This document shows positions 11,646 to 24,366 of a stretch of 64,000 nucleotides of DNA, in pieces. Position numbers and translations under genes: made by a program. The notes below the pieces were generated by a model that was given only the letters and a program-made list of their open reading frames with translations, had not been told where the DNA came from and made no database searches. Position 1 is the stretch's first letter; each line of letters opens with the position of its first letter. The DNA lies in assembly GCF_004010195.1 (NCBI RefSeq), contig NC_057752.1, forward strand, positions 2,393,334 through 2,457,333, written 5' to 3'. The DNA is from Chiloscyllium plagiosum. Lineage: Eukaryota.

Positions 11646-12642
11646 ACTATGGGACAATTTAGCATGACCAGTCCACCCTAACTTGCACATCCCTGGACAT
11701 TATGGGACAACGTAGCATGGCCAATCCACCTAACATGTACATCCCTCGACACTATGGGTAATTTAGCATGGCCAATCCACCCTAACATGTACATCTCTCG
11801 ACACTATGGGTAATTTAGCATGGCCAATCCACCGTAACCTTCGCTGTGCTACCACTGGAGCGAAGGTCATCACTTTTGGGCACCATCTCACCTCCACCAA
11901 TGCACTCCCCACAATGAGTCTTTGCCAATGCCAGCAATGCTGCCAGGTTAAGGACTGGCCTTCCACTATGAGTCCGCTTCAGGCCTACCTCAGCTCTGCA
12001 GCAGCGGCCATGATTCAGCGCTAGGGCCTATGCAAGTCTGTGCTGGCCTCACTCACCGCCATTGATGCCATCACCAAGACTGAGCTCTTCAAAAAGTGGA
12101 AAGTAAAATAAAAAAGACTGAAAAGAATGAAAAACTGAGAAAGGAGAGAGAGAAAAAGGAAAAGAAAAGGAGAACGAGTGGACAAGCCCCAGGTTCAGAG
12201 ATCCTCATCCATCGTCACCACATGATGGAGGTTGTTCAGCCCCATCTTGTCTTTGGGCCTGAAACTACTCTCTTAAACTTACATAAAGGGACTTCCAAGG
12301 GCTTGAAGACAGAACTGGCAAAGGAGGACTGGGAAACTGGGTTAAAAGGTTAGAAGCAGAGTTAGACATTTAAGGTGAAATTTCTTAAGACATGTTTGAT
12401 TGAGAAAGAAAGCCTTCACAGGAAAGATGCAACATCTCTGGCTAATCAAGGAAATTCAGGAAATGTCAGATTGGCAATTGATAATTTGAGAAGCCAGCAA
12501 AGGATGACTGTTTCTGTGCTGTGACCTCTCCCAAACAGGTTCCTCCAAGATCAGTTGCGAATTTCACTGTTTGTTAATTTTCTCAGACACACTCCGATGT
12601 CCAGTGATACATGAATTCAAACAGCAAAGACAGTAACTGTGC

Positions 12643-12862
12643 AGATATAAAAGAGACCTAAGGGGCAACTTTTTCATGCAGACGGTGGTGCGTGTATGGA
12701 ATGAGCTGCTGCCAGAGGAAGTGGTGGAGGCTGGTACAATTACAATATTTAAAAGGCATTTGGATAGGTATATGAATAGAAAGGGTTTGGAGGGACATGG
12801 ACCGGGTGCTGGCAGGTGGGACTAGATTGGGTTGGGATATCTGGTCAGCATGGACAGGTTGG
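12643..12862 (+). mobile_element. CR1 LINE 3' end
   Basis: gatataaaagagacctaaggggcaacttttt...gggttgggatatctggtc. Confidence 0.85.
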
Positions 12863-13362
12863 NNNNNNNNNNNNNNNNNNNNNNNNNNNNNNNNNNNNNN
12901 NNNNNNNNNNNNNNNNNNNNNNNNNNNNNNNNNNNNNNNNNNNNNNNNNNNNNNNNNNNNNNNNNNNNNNNNNNNNNNNNNNNNNNNNNNNNNNNNNNNN
13001 NNNNNNNNNNNNNNNNNNNNNNNNNNNNNNNNNNNNNNNNNNNNNNNNNNNNNNNNNNNNNNNNNNNNNNNNNNNNNNNNNNNNNNNNNNNNNNNNNNNN
13101 NNNNNNNNNNNNNNNNNNNNNNNNNNNNNNNNNNNNNNNNNNNNNNNNNNNNNNNNNNNNNNNNNNNNNNNNNNNNNNNNNNNNNNNNNNNNNNNNNNNN
13201 NNNNNNNNNNNNNNNNNNNNNNNNNNNNNNNNNNNNNNNNNNNNNNNNNNNNNNNNNNNNNNNNNNNNNNNNNNNNNNNNNNNNNNNNNNNNNNNNNNNN
13301 NNNNNNNNNNNNNNNNNNNNNNNNNNNNNNNNNNNNNNNNNNNNNNNNNNNNNNNNNNNNNN
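12863..13362. other. Assembly gap (500 N)
   Basis: Run of N. Confidence 1.
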
Positions 13363-14164
13363 TGGTATAGAAAAGAAACTGTCCAGTATCTAAAGGGCAA
13401 AATATGTGAGTCCTGTGGGTCTTTGACGATGTCAGAAGGTTGCCAATCGCCCAAGAAGCATCATGCCCCAATGGCACACCGGCCTGGCACTCAAGTATGG
13501 TGCATCTGATATGCCCAGATGGCTGTGGGAGACCCACCTCCTGGAATCATCGAATCCCTACCATGTGGAAACAGGCCCTTCGGCCCAACAGGTTTTCCCC
13601 GACCCTCCAAAACGTAACCCACCCAGACCTATTCTTTACCCTTCCTGGGGAGTGGCAGAGTGGGATTTGGAAGTCTCCTGATTTCTCCAGACCCGGATTA
13701 TTTTTCTCTGCATCAAGTGCTACACTTGTTGCAATTGGGCCAGAGGCTGCAGTACACTTCTGTAAAACCATCCCCCTTTTTCATCGTGCATTCATTCCAC
13801 CAATGACAGTAGTGCCTTCAGCTCCCTGAATCCTGGAATTCCCTCCCTCAACCTTTCCGCTTCTTCCTTGCTCAAGCCATCGTTAAAAAACCCACCTTCC
13901 AGTTGGCGTTGTGGTGACCTACGAGACTTGAAATGAATTCTCATCTGATTCCACTCGGGACATTTCACCGCATTAATGTTGTTTCATCAAACGTCCTGCC
14001 TTCAATCTGTTTTAACAACAGGTACCGAGATGGGCGAGGGGTCCCTGTGGTGCTGTGGTAGTGTCCCTAGCTCTGGGCTAGATGTACTGGGTATAGGACC
14101 TATTGGCCCAGGACTGTACATTCACAATGTGGCCAAATAGATCAAATGCCAATCCTTCCAATAA

Positions 14165-16380
14165 ATCATAAAGGACAAAAGAGCAACTAGAGAGCAAATA
14201 AGGCCCCTTAAACATCAGCGAGGATGTCCTTCAGGTGGCACAGTGGCTCAGTGGTTAACACTGCTGCCTCACAGTGTCAGGGACCCGAGTTTGATTCCAG
14301 CCTCGGGCAACTGTCTGTGTTGAGTTTGCGTATTCTCCCTGTGTCTGTGTGGGTTTCCTCCGGGTGCTCCAACTTCCTCCCATAGTCCAAAGATGTGCAG
14401 GTCAGGTGAATTGGCCATGCTGAAATTGCCCATAGTGTTAGATGCATTAGTCAGAGTGAAATGGGTCTGGGTGGGTTACTCTTCGGAGGGTCGGTGTGGA
14501 CTTGTTGGGCCAAAGGGCATGTTCCACACTGTAGGGAATCTAACCTAATCTATGTGTGGAGCCACAGGAGATGGGTGAGATTCTAAATGAATATTTCACG
14601 TCAGTATTTATTGTGTGGAAAGACATGGAAACTAGGGAACTTGGGTAAATAAACAGTGATGTCTTGAAAACAGTCCACATTATAGAAGAGGGGCTGCTGG
14701 AGGTCTTAAAATCTATGAAGGTAAATAAATCCCTGGGACTTAGTCAGGTGTATCCCAGGACATTGTGGGAAGCTAGGGAAGAGATTGCAGGGCCTCTAGC
14801 TGAGAAATTTGTATCATCCACAGCCACAGGTAAGGTGCCAGAAGACTGGAGGGTGGCTAATATTATACCTTTATTTAAGAAAGACTGTAGGGAAAAGCCC
14901 AGGAACCGGTGAGTCTGACATCAGTGTGTATAGTTGTTGGAGGGGATTCTGAGAGACAGGATCAACATGCATTTGGAGAGGCAAGGACCGATTAGGGATA
15001 GTCAACATGGCTTTGTGCCTTCCACCAGGTTCCACATGGTAGATTCGTTAGTAAAATTAGATCACATGGGATCCAGGGAGAGATAGCCAATTGGATACAA
15101 AATTGGCTGGATGGTAATAGACAGAGGGTGGTTGTAGAGGGGTGTTATTTGGACTGGAGGCTTGTGACTCGTGGTGCTAGGTTCAAATGTGTTTCTCATT
15201 TATCCGAATGATTTGGATGAGAATATACAAGGCATGGTTAGTAAGTTTGCAGATGAGACCAAAATTGGTGGCATAGTGGACAGTGAAGAAGGTTACCTCA
15301 GAGTACAACAGGGATCTTGATCAGATGGGCCAAGGAGTGGCAGATGGAGTTTAATTTAGATAAATGCAAGGGGTTGCATTTTGGGAAGGCAAGCCAGAGC
15401 AGGCCTTATACCGTTCATGGTAGGGTCCTGGGTAGTGTTGTTCTGCAAAGGGACCTGGGGTTCAGGTACATAATTCTTTGAACGTGGCACCACAGGTAGA
15501 CAGGATAATGAAGAAGGTGTTTGGCATGTTTGCTTTCATTGGTCAGAACATTGAATATAGGAGTTGGGATGTCACGTTGCAGTTGTACAGGTTGTTGGTT
15601 AGGCTGCTTTTGGAATACTGTGTTTAATTCTGGTCACCCTGCTAAAGGAAGGATATTATTAAATTGGAAAGGGTGCAGAAAAGATTTACAAGGATGTTAC
15701 TGGAACTGGAGAGGAGGTTATAAGGAGAGACTGGATAGGCTGGGACTTGTTTTCCCCGGACGGTTGAGGGGTGACCTTACAGAGGTTTAAAAAATCATGA
15801 GGGGCATAGATAAGGTGAATAGCGAAGTTCTTTACCCCAGGGTAGGAGAATTCAAAATTTGTGGGCATAGTTTTAGGATGTGAGGGGCAATATTTAAAAG
15901 GGACCTGAGGGGGAATGTTTTCTCACAGAGGGTGGTTCGTGTATGAAATGCACTGACAGAGGAAGTGGTGGACACAGGTACGGTTACAATAGTTAAAAGA
16001 CATTTGGACAGGTACATAAATAGGAACACTTTAGAGGGATATGGTGTAAACACAGGCAACTGCATAGGGTGCACAACCAAGGTCTTTTCTCCAGGGTAGG
16101 AGAATCCAAAACTCAAGGGCATAGCTTTAAAGTGAGATTTAAAAGGAACCAAAGGGGAGACTTTTTCACGCAGAGCGTGGTGCGTGTATGGAATGAGCTG
16201 CCAGAGGAAGTGGTGGAGGCTGGTACAATGACAACATTTAAAAGGCATCTGGATGGGTATATGAATAGGAAGGGTTTATGGGTCAAATACTGGCAAATAG
16301 GACTAGATGAATTTAGGATATCTGGTCGCATGGATGTGTTAGACCGAAGGGTCTGTTTCCATGACGTGTGACTCTATGAC
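14165..16380 (+). mobile_element. Long decayed CR1 ORF2 with an HE1 insertion and two consecutive 3' ends
   Basis: VYPRTLWEAREEIAGPL, SQHGF, SKFADETKIGG and EYCV motifs; terminal segment occurs at ~15790-16060 and again at ~16065-16380. Confidence 0.88.
14233..14552 (+). mobile_element. HE1-type V-SINE, near full length
   Basis: tRNA head, V-domain gtgtctgtgtgggtttcctccgggtgctcc, CR1-like tail. Confidence 0.9.
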
Positions 16381-16532
16381 TTGCTAAACATGAATGGAAA
16401 TACCACTATTGGCAGTTTTGGAAGTGGAGATTGGAGAAAAGACAGATAAATAGGTACAGAACACTGCAAACGCTTGGTGAATTCACGAGCACAAAATGTT
16501 GAAGTACTCCTGTGGCATTATCTCAAATAACT

Positions 16533-16885
16533 CATAGAATCCCGACAGTGTGGAAACAGGCCCTTCAGCCCAACAAGTCCACACTGACCCTCTGAAGAGT
16601 ATCCCACCCAGACCCATTCCCCTACCCTATTGCTCTACATTTACCCTTGACTAAGGCACCTAACCTGCATATCCCTGAACACTATGGGCAATTTAGCATG
16701 GCCAATCCACCTAACCTGCACATCCTTGGATTGTGGGAGGAAACCGGAGCATCCGGAGGAAACCCACGCAGACACGGGGGAGAACGTGCAAACTCTACAC
16801 AGACTGTTACCCGAGGCTGAAATCAAACCAGGGTCCCTGGTGCTGTCAGGCAGCAGTGCTAACCATTGAGCCACTGTGCCACCCC
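16533..16885 (-). mobile_element. HE1-type V-SINE, full length
   Basis: tRNA head, V-domain and tail shared with CR1. Confidence 0.9.
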
Positions 16886-17319
16886 AATAATGCTCATTGT
16901 CAGCCTTCATTAGACAGGAAACTAAAGGCTTGTGTGTCTATTCTGTCCGTTAAGGTAATTAAAAAAACTGTTCTGAAGCAAGAGCAAAACAAAAAGGAAA
17001 CAATTCAGCCTTGCCAGAGAGACTGTCCTCCTTCACACACTTTCCAACTGAGCTGAGTTGGTTTTAATGGCAGGGCGAGCCTGAAATGTTGACCTGTGAC
17101 CTGAGACAGGAAGCCGGGTCTGCTCAAGTAACCAGTACAGATTCTGAAACCGAAGCAGAGGGTACACGAGGTCTGTCAGAACGATGATGAAAAATGTGAC
17201 AGAAGAATAAGATTTTTTTTATTAAAAAAGGGGTTTGAGAGCGGGGTTTGGAAAATTAATTGGAAAAATCAGGTTAAGTCGGAATGACAAAGCATTTTAC
17301 AAGTAGCTGAGTAAAAAGT

Positions 17320-17450
17320 AGCCATGATGTGGAGGTGCTGGTGTTGGACTGGGGGTGGACAAAGTCAGAGGTCACACGCCACCAGGTTATACTCCATTGG
17401 GCTGATTTATCACAGGCTTTTGGAGCACTGCTCCTTCATCAGGTGAAGTG
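17320..17450 (-). mobile_element. PLE 3' remnant with decayed hammerhead motif (17411-17446)
   Basis: Minus strand cac-CUGAUGA-A-GGAGC-agu-GCUCC-AAAAGCCU-gug. Confidence 0.55.
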
Positions 17451-17454
17451 AAGA

Positions 17455-18340
17455 GGTATATAATGAGTATTTTGCATCCGTGGTTATTAAACAGAAGGGC
17501 GATTGAGGGGAGTTGGTTGCTGAAGTGGTTGTGACAGAGATGAGCAAGATTGTGATGGATAATAGGAACATCACGGCTCAGTTAGTTATTCAAAAGGAAA
17601 ATAATTTATCAGGCTCCCCCCTCCCCCCCCCCCAACCCTCCTCAACCCCCGCTACAGAATAACCTTGAATTCTGGGAGAGATGAGGAAGGAAATTACCAA
17701 GGTCCTCACTGCAATTTCAGGAGTGTGAATATGTGTCAGCGGACTGGGGAAAAGCCAATGGAATGCCCATTTTTATGAAGGTAGGGAGGGTTGAATCAAG
17801 AATTTATGGGCCAGCTAGCTTAACATCTGTGCTCAGTGAAATGTTCGATCCTTTAATTAGGAATGAAATGAGCATGTATCTAAATAAAGAGAAAATAGTG
17901 AGCCTGCGTGGATTTCAAAAGGATGCTTCAGCATGAATTCTTCAGGAGGCTTCAGCATGGGAGATGGGCAATTTGCAGTGAATAGAGTGGACAAAGGTCT
18001 CTGAAAATGTACCACCCAGGAGATTATCAAAGATTCAGGACTATGGATGAGGAAAAGGATAGCAAGTTGGATTGGAAATTGGTTCAAAGGGCAAAAGTGG
18101 GGATGAGGAGTCGTGGAGAGCTTTTCAGAGTATGACAAAACATTTACAGCACAAAAGAAGACAATTTAGCATAACAGATTCATGCTGCTGTCAATGTTCC
18201 AAACTAGGACTGTGTGATGAGCTGATATAAAAGGCAGTGGTCTGTACAGTGTTGGGTTTCATACTGTAGGAAGGACACTGAGGCTTCAGAGAGGGGACAA
18301 CACTGGATTCACTGGAATGCTGCCCAGAAACATAACTACA
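17455..18340 (+). mobile_element. Ancient, highly decayed CR1 ORF2
   Basis: DWGKANGMPIFMK...YGPASLTSVLSEMF resembles DW..ANV.PIFKK...YRPVSLTSV. Confidence 0.65.
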
Positions 18341-18349
18341 AAGAAACAT

Positions 18350-18445
18350 CAGCAACAGAAGTGAAATACAGGTCAGGCAGCATCTGTGGTGAGAAAAACA
18401 GTTAATGTTTCAGATGACTGACCTTTCGTTAAAACTGGGCAGTGT
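18350..18445 (-). mobile_element. Decayed PLE tail remnant
   Basis: caggtcaggcagcatctgtgg...gttaatgtttc resembles the other PLE tails. Confidence 0.45.
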
Positions 18446-18924
18446 TGGGAATGAACAGCCTTTGAACAAATACAGGACCCTGGAAAAGAGCAAACATGGA
18501 AAATCTGTAACTGAGCTGAAGGCAGCAGTGATTAACTGCTTGAAAGGCTAATGGGGAGAGTATAGAAGCGGTAACTGGCTCCTAAGGAGATGGAAATACT
18601 GAGAGCTGACCAGCAGAGAGGAAGGTGAGCGTGGAAAAGCTGCAAAGAGTTTTCAACGTCCCGGGAATGTGGCGGAAGGAAACGAGAGAGACATTCCCCA
18701 CTTTGTAACAACAAGGGATTCCTACCCTAAATACTAGCTCTGCCCTCCCCCCATTCCCAGTGACTGTTTTTTTTTCAGCGCAAGAATACTGAGTGATTAT
18801 CATATCACTCAGAATTACGACACAGAGTGCTTGGAAACAGAATGTTGCAGTAGTTGAAAGGCGTTGACCAGGAACCGTGGGTACATGATAAAATGGAAGA
18901 GATTAAAATGTGAAAAAAAAATCC

Positions 18925-19020
18925 CTCTTCACACGAGACTGGAGATCACAGTGGGTCAGGCAGTACCCATCGTGCAAGCTAACGTTTCGAGTTTCAATGG
19001 CTCTTCATGGACAGCTGGCT
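18925..19020 (-). mobile_element. Decayed PLE tail remnant with broken hammerhead core
   Basis: Minus strand ccAUGAAGAG...CUCGAAACGUUagc. Confidence 0.4.
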
Positions 19021-19881
19021 AGATGAGAGTGAACAAATTTGTGTCAAATCGGGTAGAGAAAAGGGAAATGAAGGCTGGATTAGGCGAAGTGCATAGAGGC
19101 AGGGAAACCGTACCACATAAACATTTCAACATTTCCAAAACCTGTAGGAACTATTTCCTACGGCAGGAAGGAAACTCCACAGTTTCAACTTTTGCTTTTT
19201 CCGGAGCAGAGAGATTGGGCAGCACCGGAGGGAACCAAATCTCATCGTTAAAAGTGTCCTTGGATCTTTAAGTACCAGACGAAGGTTCTGTGCCATGCTG
19301 AATGAGCAATTAATATGAAAAGGCAGGGAGTTCTTAAACTTCAGGGGGAGCTTGAAGATGAACTGCCATTTTGATGAAGTGCTGATGTTCCTAGCCACAA
19401 ACAGTTTTCACACAAATGATTAAACTAACCTCATCAAACATATTTTGGATGCAGGGCCTGTGCACTGCTTCTGTCACTATATTCCCCCTGACAACTGCAT
19501 CAGAGGTACATGAGAAAGCTCATCTGCAAGTGGAGCATTTGCTGTGAATTGATGATAGCAGAAAGTCCGAACAAATTCTGGGCTTCTGTTTACTTTCTTT
19601 TACTTTCCATTATAGTGTAGGCTATACCTCAGCTAGTTTGAGTAAATACTCAACTTCTCAGCTTGTGTTGGTACCATTCAGAAGAGTTTGACCTTCAAGC
19701 TAACTAATCTACAAAGACGTTCTCAAGAGGAAGTCATCATATAATTAATCTGGCTTCATTTGGCATCTTTTTTGTACTGGCAGGGCTCAGATTAGGAACA
19801 TGCTGCAATGCAAAATGAGATCCTACCATTCCCTGGCATCATTCCCAATTGGCATAGGCCACAGCAATAGATATCTGTGAC

Positions 19882-20380
19882 TTGGCACTGGAATACTGTG
19901 TTCAATTCTGGTCTCCCTGCTATAGGAAGGATGTTATGAAACTTGAAAGAGTTCAGAAAAGATTTATAAGGATGATGCCAAGGCTGGAGGATTTGAGGTA
20001 TAGGGAGAGGCTGAATAGGCTGGAGCTGTTTTCCCTGGAGTGTCGGAGGCTGAGGAGTGACCTGATAGAGGTTTATAAAATCATGAGGGGCATGGATAGG
20101 GTGAATAGACAAGGGCTTTTCCCTGGGGTGGGGGAGTCCAGAACTAGAAGGCATAGGTTTAGGGTGAGAGGGGAAAGATTTAAAAGGAACTGAGGGGTAA
20201 CCTTTTCACGCAGAAGGTGGTGCATGTATGGAATGGGCTGCCAGAGGAAGTGGGCTGGTACAACTGCAACATTTAAAAGGCATCTGGATGGGTACGTGAA
20301 TAGGAAGGGTTTAGAGGGATAAGGGCCAAATGCTGGCAAGTGAAAGTAGATTCATTTAGGATATCTAGTCGGCATGGACC
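19882..20380 (+). mobile_element. CR1 LINE 3' fragment
   Basis: LEYCVQFWSPCYRKDVMKLERVQKRF. Confidence 0.9.
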
Positions 20381-21240
20381 GAGACAAGAAGGAATTTCTC
20401 TTACTCAGAGGGTTGTGACCCTTTGGAATTCTCTACCCCAGAGGCCTATGGAAACTCAGTCTTTGAGTCGGGTTAAGGCCTTCCCAAGTCTTCATGGCCT
20501 TCTTTTCGCTCAGTGCCCTGATCCCTCACTGCTTACTGTTCCCTGTGACAAGTGGGAGGAAGACCACGAGGGATTGCTCCCTTGTTGGCATCAAGGGAGA
20601 CAACAAAGTCAAGCAGGGCACTGAGTGGGGCACCCAAACGAGGGTGGCAAGGGTCCTTCAAGTCCCCAGTGCCACGGGTGGAGTGGGCGCTGACTTCAGG
20701 TTCCAGGCGCAGATTGATGACATCATCGGCGCCAGCTTCCAGTTCCAATGCAGTGCAGAAGGTACAGTGCTTTGAAATATGTTTTCACACTTACAGACGG
20801 GACTTCGAAAGTATGGTGTACTCCTCAGCAGTTCAGGCAATATGTGTTTCCAGCAACATACTTCTTCAACAGCCTTTGTCAATCTGGCCGCTCCTTTGTT
20901 CAACAATTCCCTGTAGGAATTCACGTAATTATAATCGGTGTCAGAAAGAATCATGGTCGGCATGGACTGGTTGGACCGAAGGATCTGTTTCTGTGCTGTT
21001 TGACTCCCTGACGCTATAACTATTTCTCTCTCCACACTGGAGTTTCTCCAGCATTTACTGTGTTTGTTTCCGATTTCCAACATCTGCAAGAAGTTGCCTT
21101 TACTAGGGGCCTGAATAGCTCCCCATTTGCACTTCATCATTGGGAAGCAAAAACTGCCAAATGCATTTCTTAAACTCTTTGCCAGAAATCTTAGTGATTG
21201 GGTTATGCTGCATGGAGAGATGTCCCTCTTTATTGACATG

Positions 21241-21490
21241 GAGACAGTGAGGTTTGCTGATGCTGGAGATCAGAGTTGAGAGTGTGTTGCTGGAAAAACA
21301 GGTCAGGCAGCATCCGAGGAACAGGAAAATCAACCTTTCATGCTGGAAAAACACAGCAGGTCAGGCAGCATCCGAGGAACAGGAAAATCGACCTTTCATT
21401 CCTGATGAAGGGCTCTGGTCCAAAACGTCGATTTTCCTGCTCCTCGCATGCTACGTGATCTGCTGTGCTTTTTCAGCAACACACTCTCAA
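21241..21490. mobile_element. Palindromic PLE derivative with internal tandem duplication and 15-bp TSD
   Basis: TSD ctctttattgacatg at 21226-21240 and 21491-21505; decayed hammerhead CUGAUGA-A-GGGC-ucug-GUCC-AAAACGUC at 21402-21429 (+). Confidence 0.8.
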
Positions 21491-21604
21491 CTCTTTATTG
21501 ACATGCCACATTTTCCATTCAAAAAAGCTGAGTGTCGCATTCTGGCATCGCACTGGGCGGCCGTGTCACTTTAAGAGTGGGATTACTAGGCATCGAGAAG
21601 ACAA

Positions 21605-22758
21605 TCACCACTCCCCACCTCTTCCTCCGCTACATTGATGACTGCAATTGGCGCCACCTCATGCTCCCGCGATGAGGTTGAGCAATTCATCAACTTCACC
21701 AACACATTCCACCCTGACCTTAAATTTACCTGGACCATCTCTGACACCTCCCTCCCCTTCCTGGACCTCTCCATCTCCATTAATGACGACCGACTTGACA
21801 CTGACNNNNNNNNNNNNNNNNNNNNNNNNNNNNNNNNNNNNNNNNNNNNNNNNNNNNNNNNNNNNNNNNNNNNNNNNNNNNNNNNNNNNNNNNNNNNNNN
21901 NNNNNNNNNNNNNNNNNNNNNNNNNNNNNNNNNNNNNNNNNNNNNNNNNNNNNNNNNNNNNNNNNNNNNNNNNNNNNNNNNNNNNNNNNNNNNNNNNNNN
22001 NNNNNNNNNNNNNNNNNNNNNNNNNNNNNNNNNNNNNNNNNNNNNNNNNNNNNNNNNNNNNNNNNNNNNNNNNNNNNNNNNNNNNNNNNNNNNNNNNNNN
22101 NNNNNNNNNNNNNNNNNNNNNNNNNNNNNNNNNNNNNNNNNNNNNNNNNNNNNNNNNNNNNNNNNNNNNNNNNNNNNNNNNNNNNNNNNNNNNNNNNNNN
22201 NNNNNNNNNNNNNNNNNNNNNNNNNNNNNNNNNNNNNNNNNNNNNNNNNNNNNNNNNNNNNNNNNNNNNNNNNNNNNNNNNNNNNNNNNNNNNNNNNNNN
22301 NNNNNNNNNNNNNNNNNNNNNNNNNNNNNNNNNNNNNNNNNNNNNNNNNNNNNNNNNNNNNNNNNNNNNNNNNNNNNNNNNNNNNNNNNNNNNNNNNNNN
22401 NNNNNNNNNNNNNNNNNNNNNNNNNNNNNNNNNNNNNNNNNNNNNNNNNNNNNNNNNNNNNNNNNNNNNNNNNNNNNNNNNNNNNNNNNNNNNNNNNNNN
22501 CTCCTTTTCCACCTATCCACTCCATCCTCTCCTCCCTGACCTATCACCTTCATCTCCTCCCCCACTCACCCATTGTACTCTATGCTACTTTCTCTCCACC
22601 CCCACCCTCCTCTAGCTTATCTCTCCACGCTTCAGGCTCTCTGCCTTTATTCCGAAACGTCGATTTCGAAGCTCCTCGGATGCTGCCTGAATTGCTGTTC
22701 TCTTCCAGCACCACTGATCCAGAAGCTGGTTTCCAGCATCTGCAGTTATTGTTTTTAC
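21605..22758 (+). mobile_element. PLE, 5'-truncated (RT core and 3' tail), 14-bp TSD; spans a gap
   Basis: FLRYIDD (YIDD at 21631-21642), frameshift, then IGATSCSRDEVEQFINFTNTFHPDLKFT...LPFLDL; TSD catcgagaagacaa at 21591-21604 and 22759-22772. Confidence 0.9.
21806..22500. other. Assembly gap
   Basis: Run of N. Confidence 1.
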
Positions 22759-23864
22759 CATCGAGAAGACAACAGCTGAGCTGCCCAAGTTGGACTTGAT
22801 GTTCATTACAGAAGTGGAAATGTTCCACAAATGAGGGCCAACTTTAGCAGTGACACTCCATAGGGCTTTCGTCAGTTTCCTGTGAGATTTGTGGGTTTTG
22901 CTTCCTTGTAGGATTCACTTGGTAGCGAAACTCGCGAGGTACCTGCCGAGCGGCAAATCAGGCCGGGATGTGTCGTCAGAGCGGGAGATATCCGCTTGTG
23001 AGCCCACTTTCGCGCCGCTGCCCATTTTCTGTGCCCCAGTCGATTTGGCCAAAAGCGAGCGGAGGCGCAGACCATCCTTATCGGCTGTGCTCACACAGTG
23101 AAACAAACAAGGCTTTTGTGATCGCACGGGAATCAGTTTCGAGGAGAAATCAGATCCAGTTATTAGAAGCAGAAGAACAAAAGCATTCTTCAGATCCCGT
23201 GCCAGAATATTGGGATGTGGTGAAAGGAAAGTGTTTCCTTTTGTTTTTCCTGGAAAAGAGCTACTGGGGGAAGAGAGAAAAAAAACCCGCCTATTTAGTG
23301 AGTTTCTTGCATAATCACCTCTGAGATTGATTTGAAGATAAATTATTTCCAGTCACTAAAAAGCAACGTGCTTGCATATATAGAGCCTCTGACTGCAGTC
23401 TCAAATGCTCCCCGTATTGGCGGACAAACATGGCAGCCATCCCATGGCAACACAGGCTGCTTATCGAAGACCAAGTAAATCTGGCTTTTGAGGGTCGGTC
23501 CAAGGACGAATCTTGGCTGGAACACTGAGAGACATCCTTTGCTTCCAGCCGGGCTGTAGTTGTTTTTTTTAAACGTAGGATATGATCTCCGTTTAACACC
23601 TCATCTGAATAAACAGGAGGTTTGGGTTACCCTGAATAGGTATGCAACTTCATCTCGCTCACCACCAAATGAATGCTCCGTTGACACAATTGAATTCAAT
23701 GCCTTGATCTCGTTGGTTGAGTGCACGTAAAACGTCAAAGTGTTAAATAACATCAAGCAATAAGCTCTGTCCATCAGGAATCGTAGAGGTCTCCAGCACA
23801 GAAAAAGGCCCTTCACTCCATCGAGTCTGCGCCAGTCAAAAACAACCACCTGGCTATTCCACTC

Positions 23865-24150
23865 CCAGGGAGTTCAAAACTAGAGGGCATAGGTTTAAGG
23901 TGAGAGGAGGAAGATTTAAAAGGGAACTGAGGGACAACTTTTTCACGCAGAGGCTGGTGTGTGTACGGAATGGGCTGCCAGAGGAAGTGGTGGAGGCTGG
24001 TACAATTACAACATTTGAAAGGCATTTGAACAGGTATATGAATAGGAAGGGTTTGGAGGGATATGGGCCGGGTGCTGGCAGGTGGGACTAGATTGGGTTT
24101 GGTAAACTTGGTCAGCACTAGCGAGTTTCTGAGCTGTATGACTCTGTGAC
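23865..24150 (+). mobile_element. CR1 LINE 3' end
   Basis: FFTQRLVCVRNGLPEEVVEAGT plus tail. Confidence 0.85.
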
Positions 24151-24366
24151 TTGGCCCTTTTAGCCCTAATAGCCAAGGGCACATCGAAATCCTGCTTCAA
24201 TGTGGTGAGGGTATCTGCTTCTCCCATCCTGACAGGAGACTGGTGCTGAGTTTATCCCGAGAGTCACCCACTCTTTAGGCGAGGGGAAGAGGTTGAGGAG
24301 ACTCCTTCATGGTAACCTCAGCTGACAAGGGAGTTGGACCCATGCTGTTGGCATCATTCACCAGCT

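Larger units (their letters stand above)
10585..11838 (-). repeat. HE1-type V-SINE tail with 53-bp unit array (~11 + ~3.5 copies), interrupted by a PLE
   Basis: SINE tail 10585-10730, then cactatgggacaatttagcatggccaatccaccctaacctgcacatccctgg with period 53 (10783 to 10836). Confidence 0.9.

Noticed and set aside
10730..11838. Regular repeats resembling a CRISPR array
   Set aside because: Units are contiguous with no unique spacers, derive from the V-SINE interior, and there are no cas genes; the context is eukaryotic.
12096..12353. Lys/Glu-rich ORF
   Set aside because: Purine-rich low-complexity tract followed by a decayed LINE fragment.
20494..20775. Overlapping ORFs on both strands
   Set aside because: No recognisable domain; GC-rich sequence explains the open frames.
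1631..22799. Long ORFs (up to ~380 aa) in the ORF track that are mostly X
   Set aside because: They read through N gaps.
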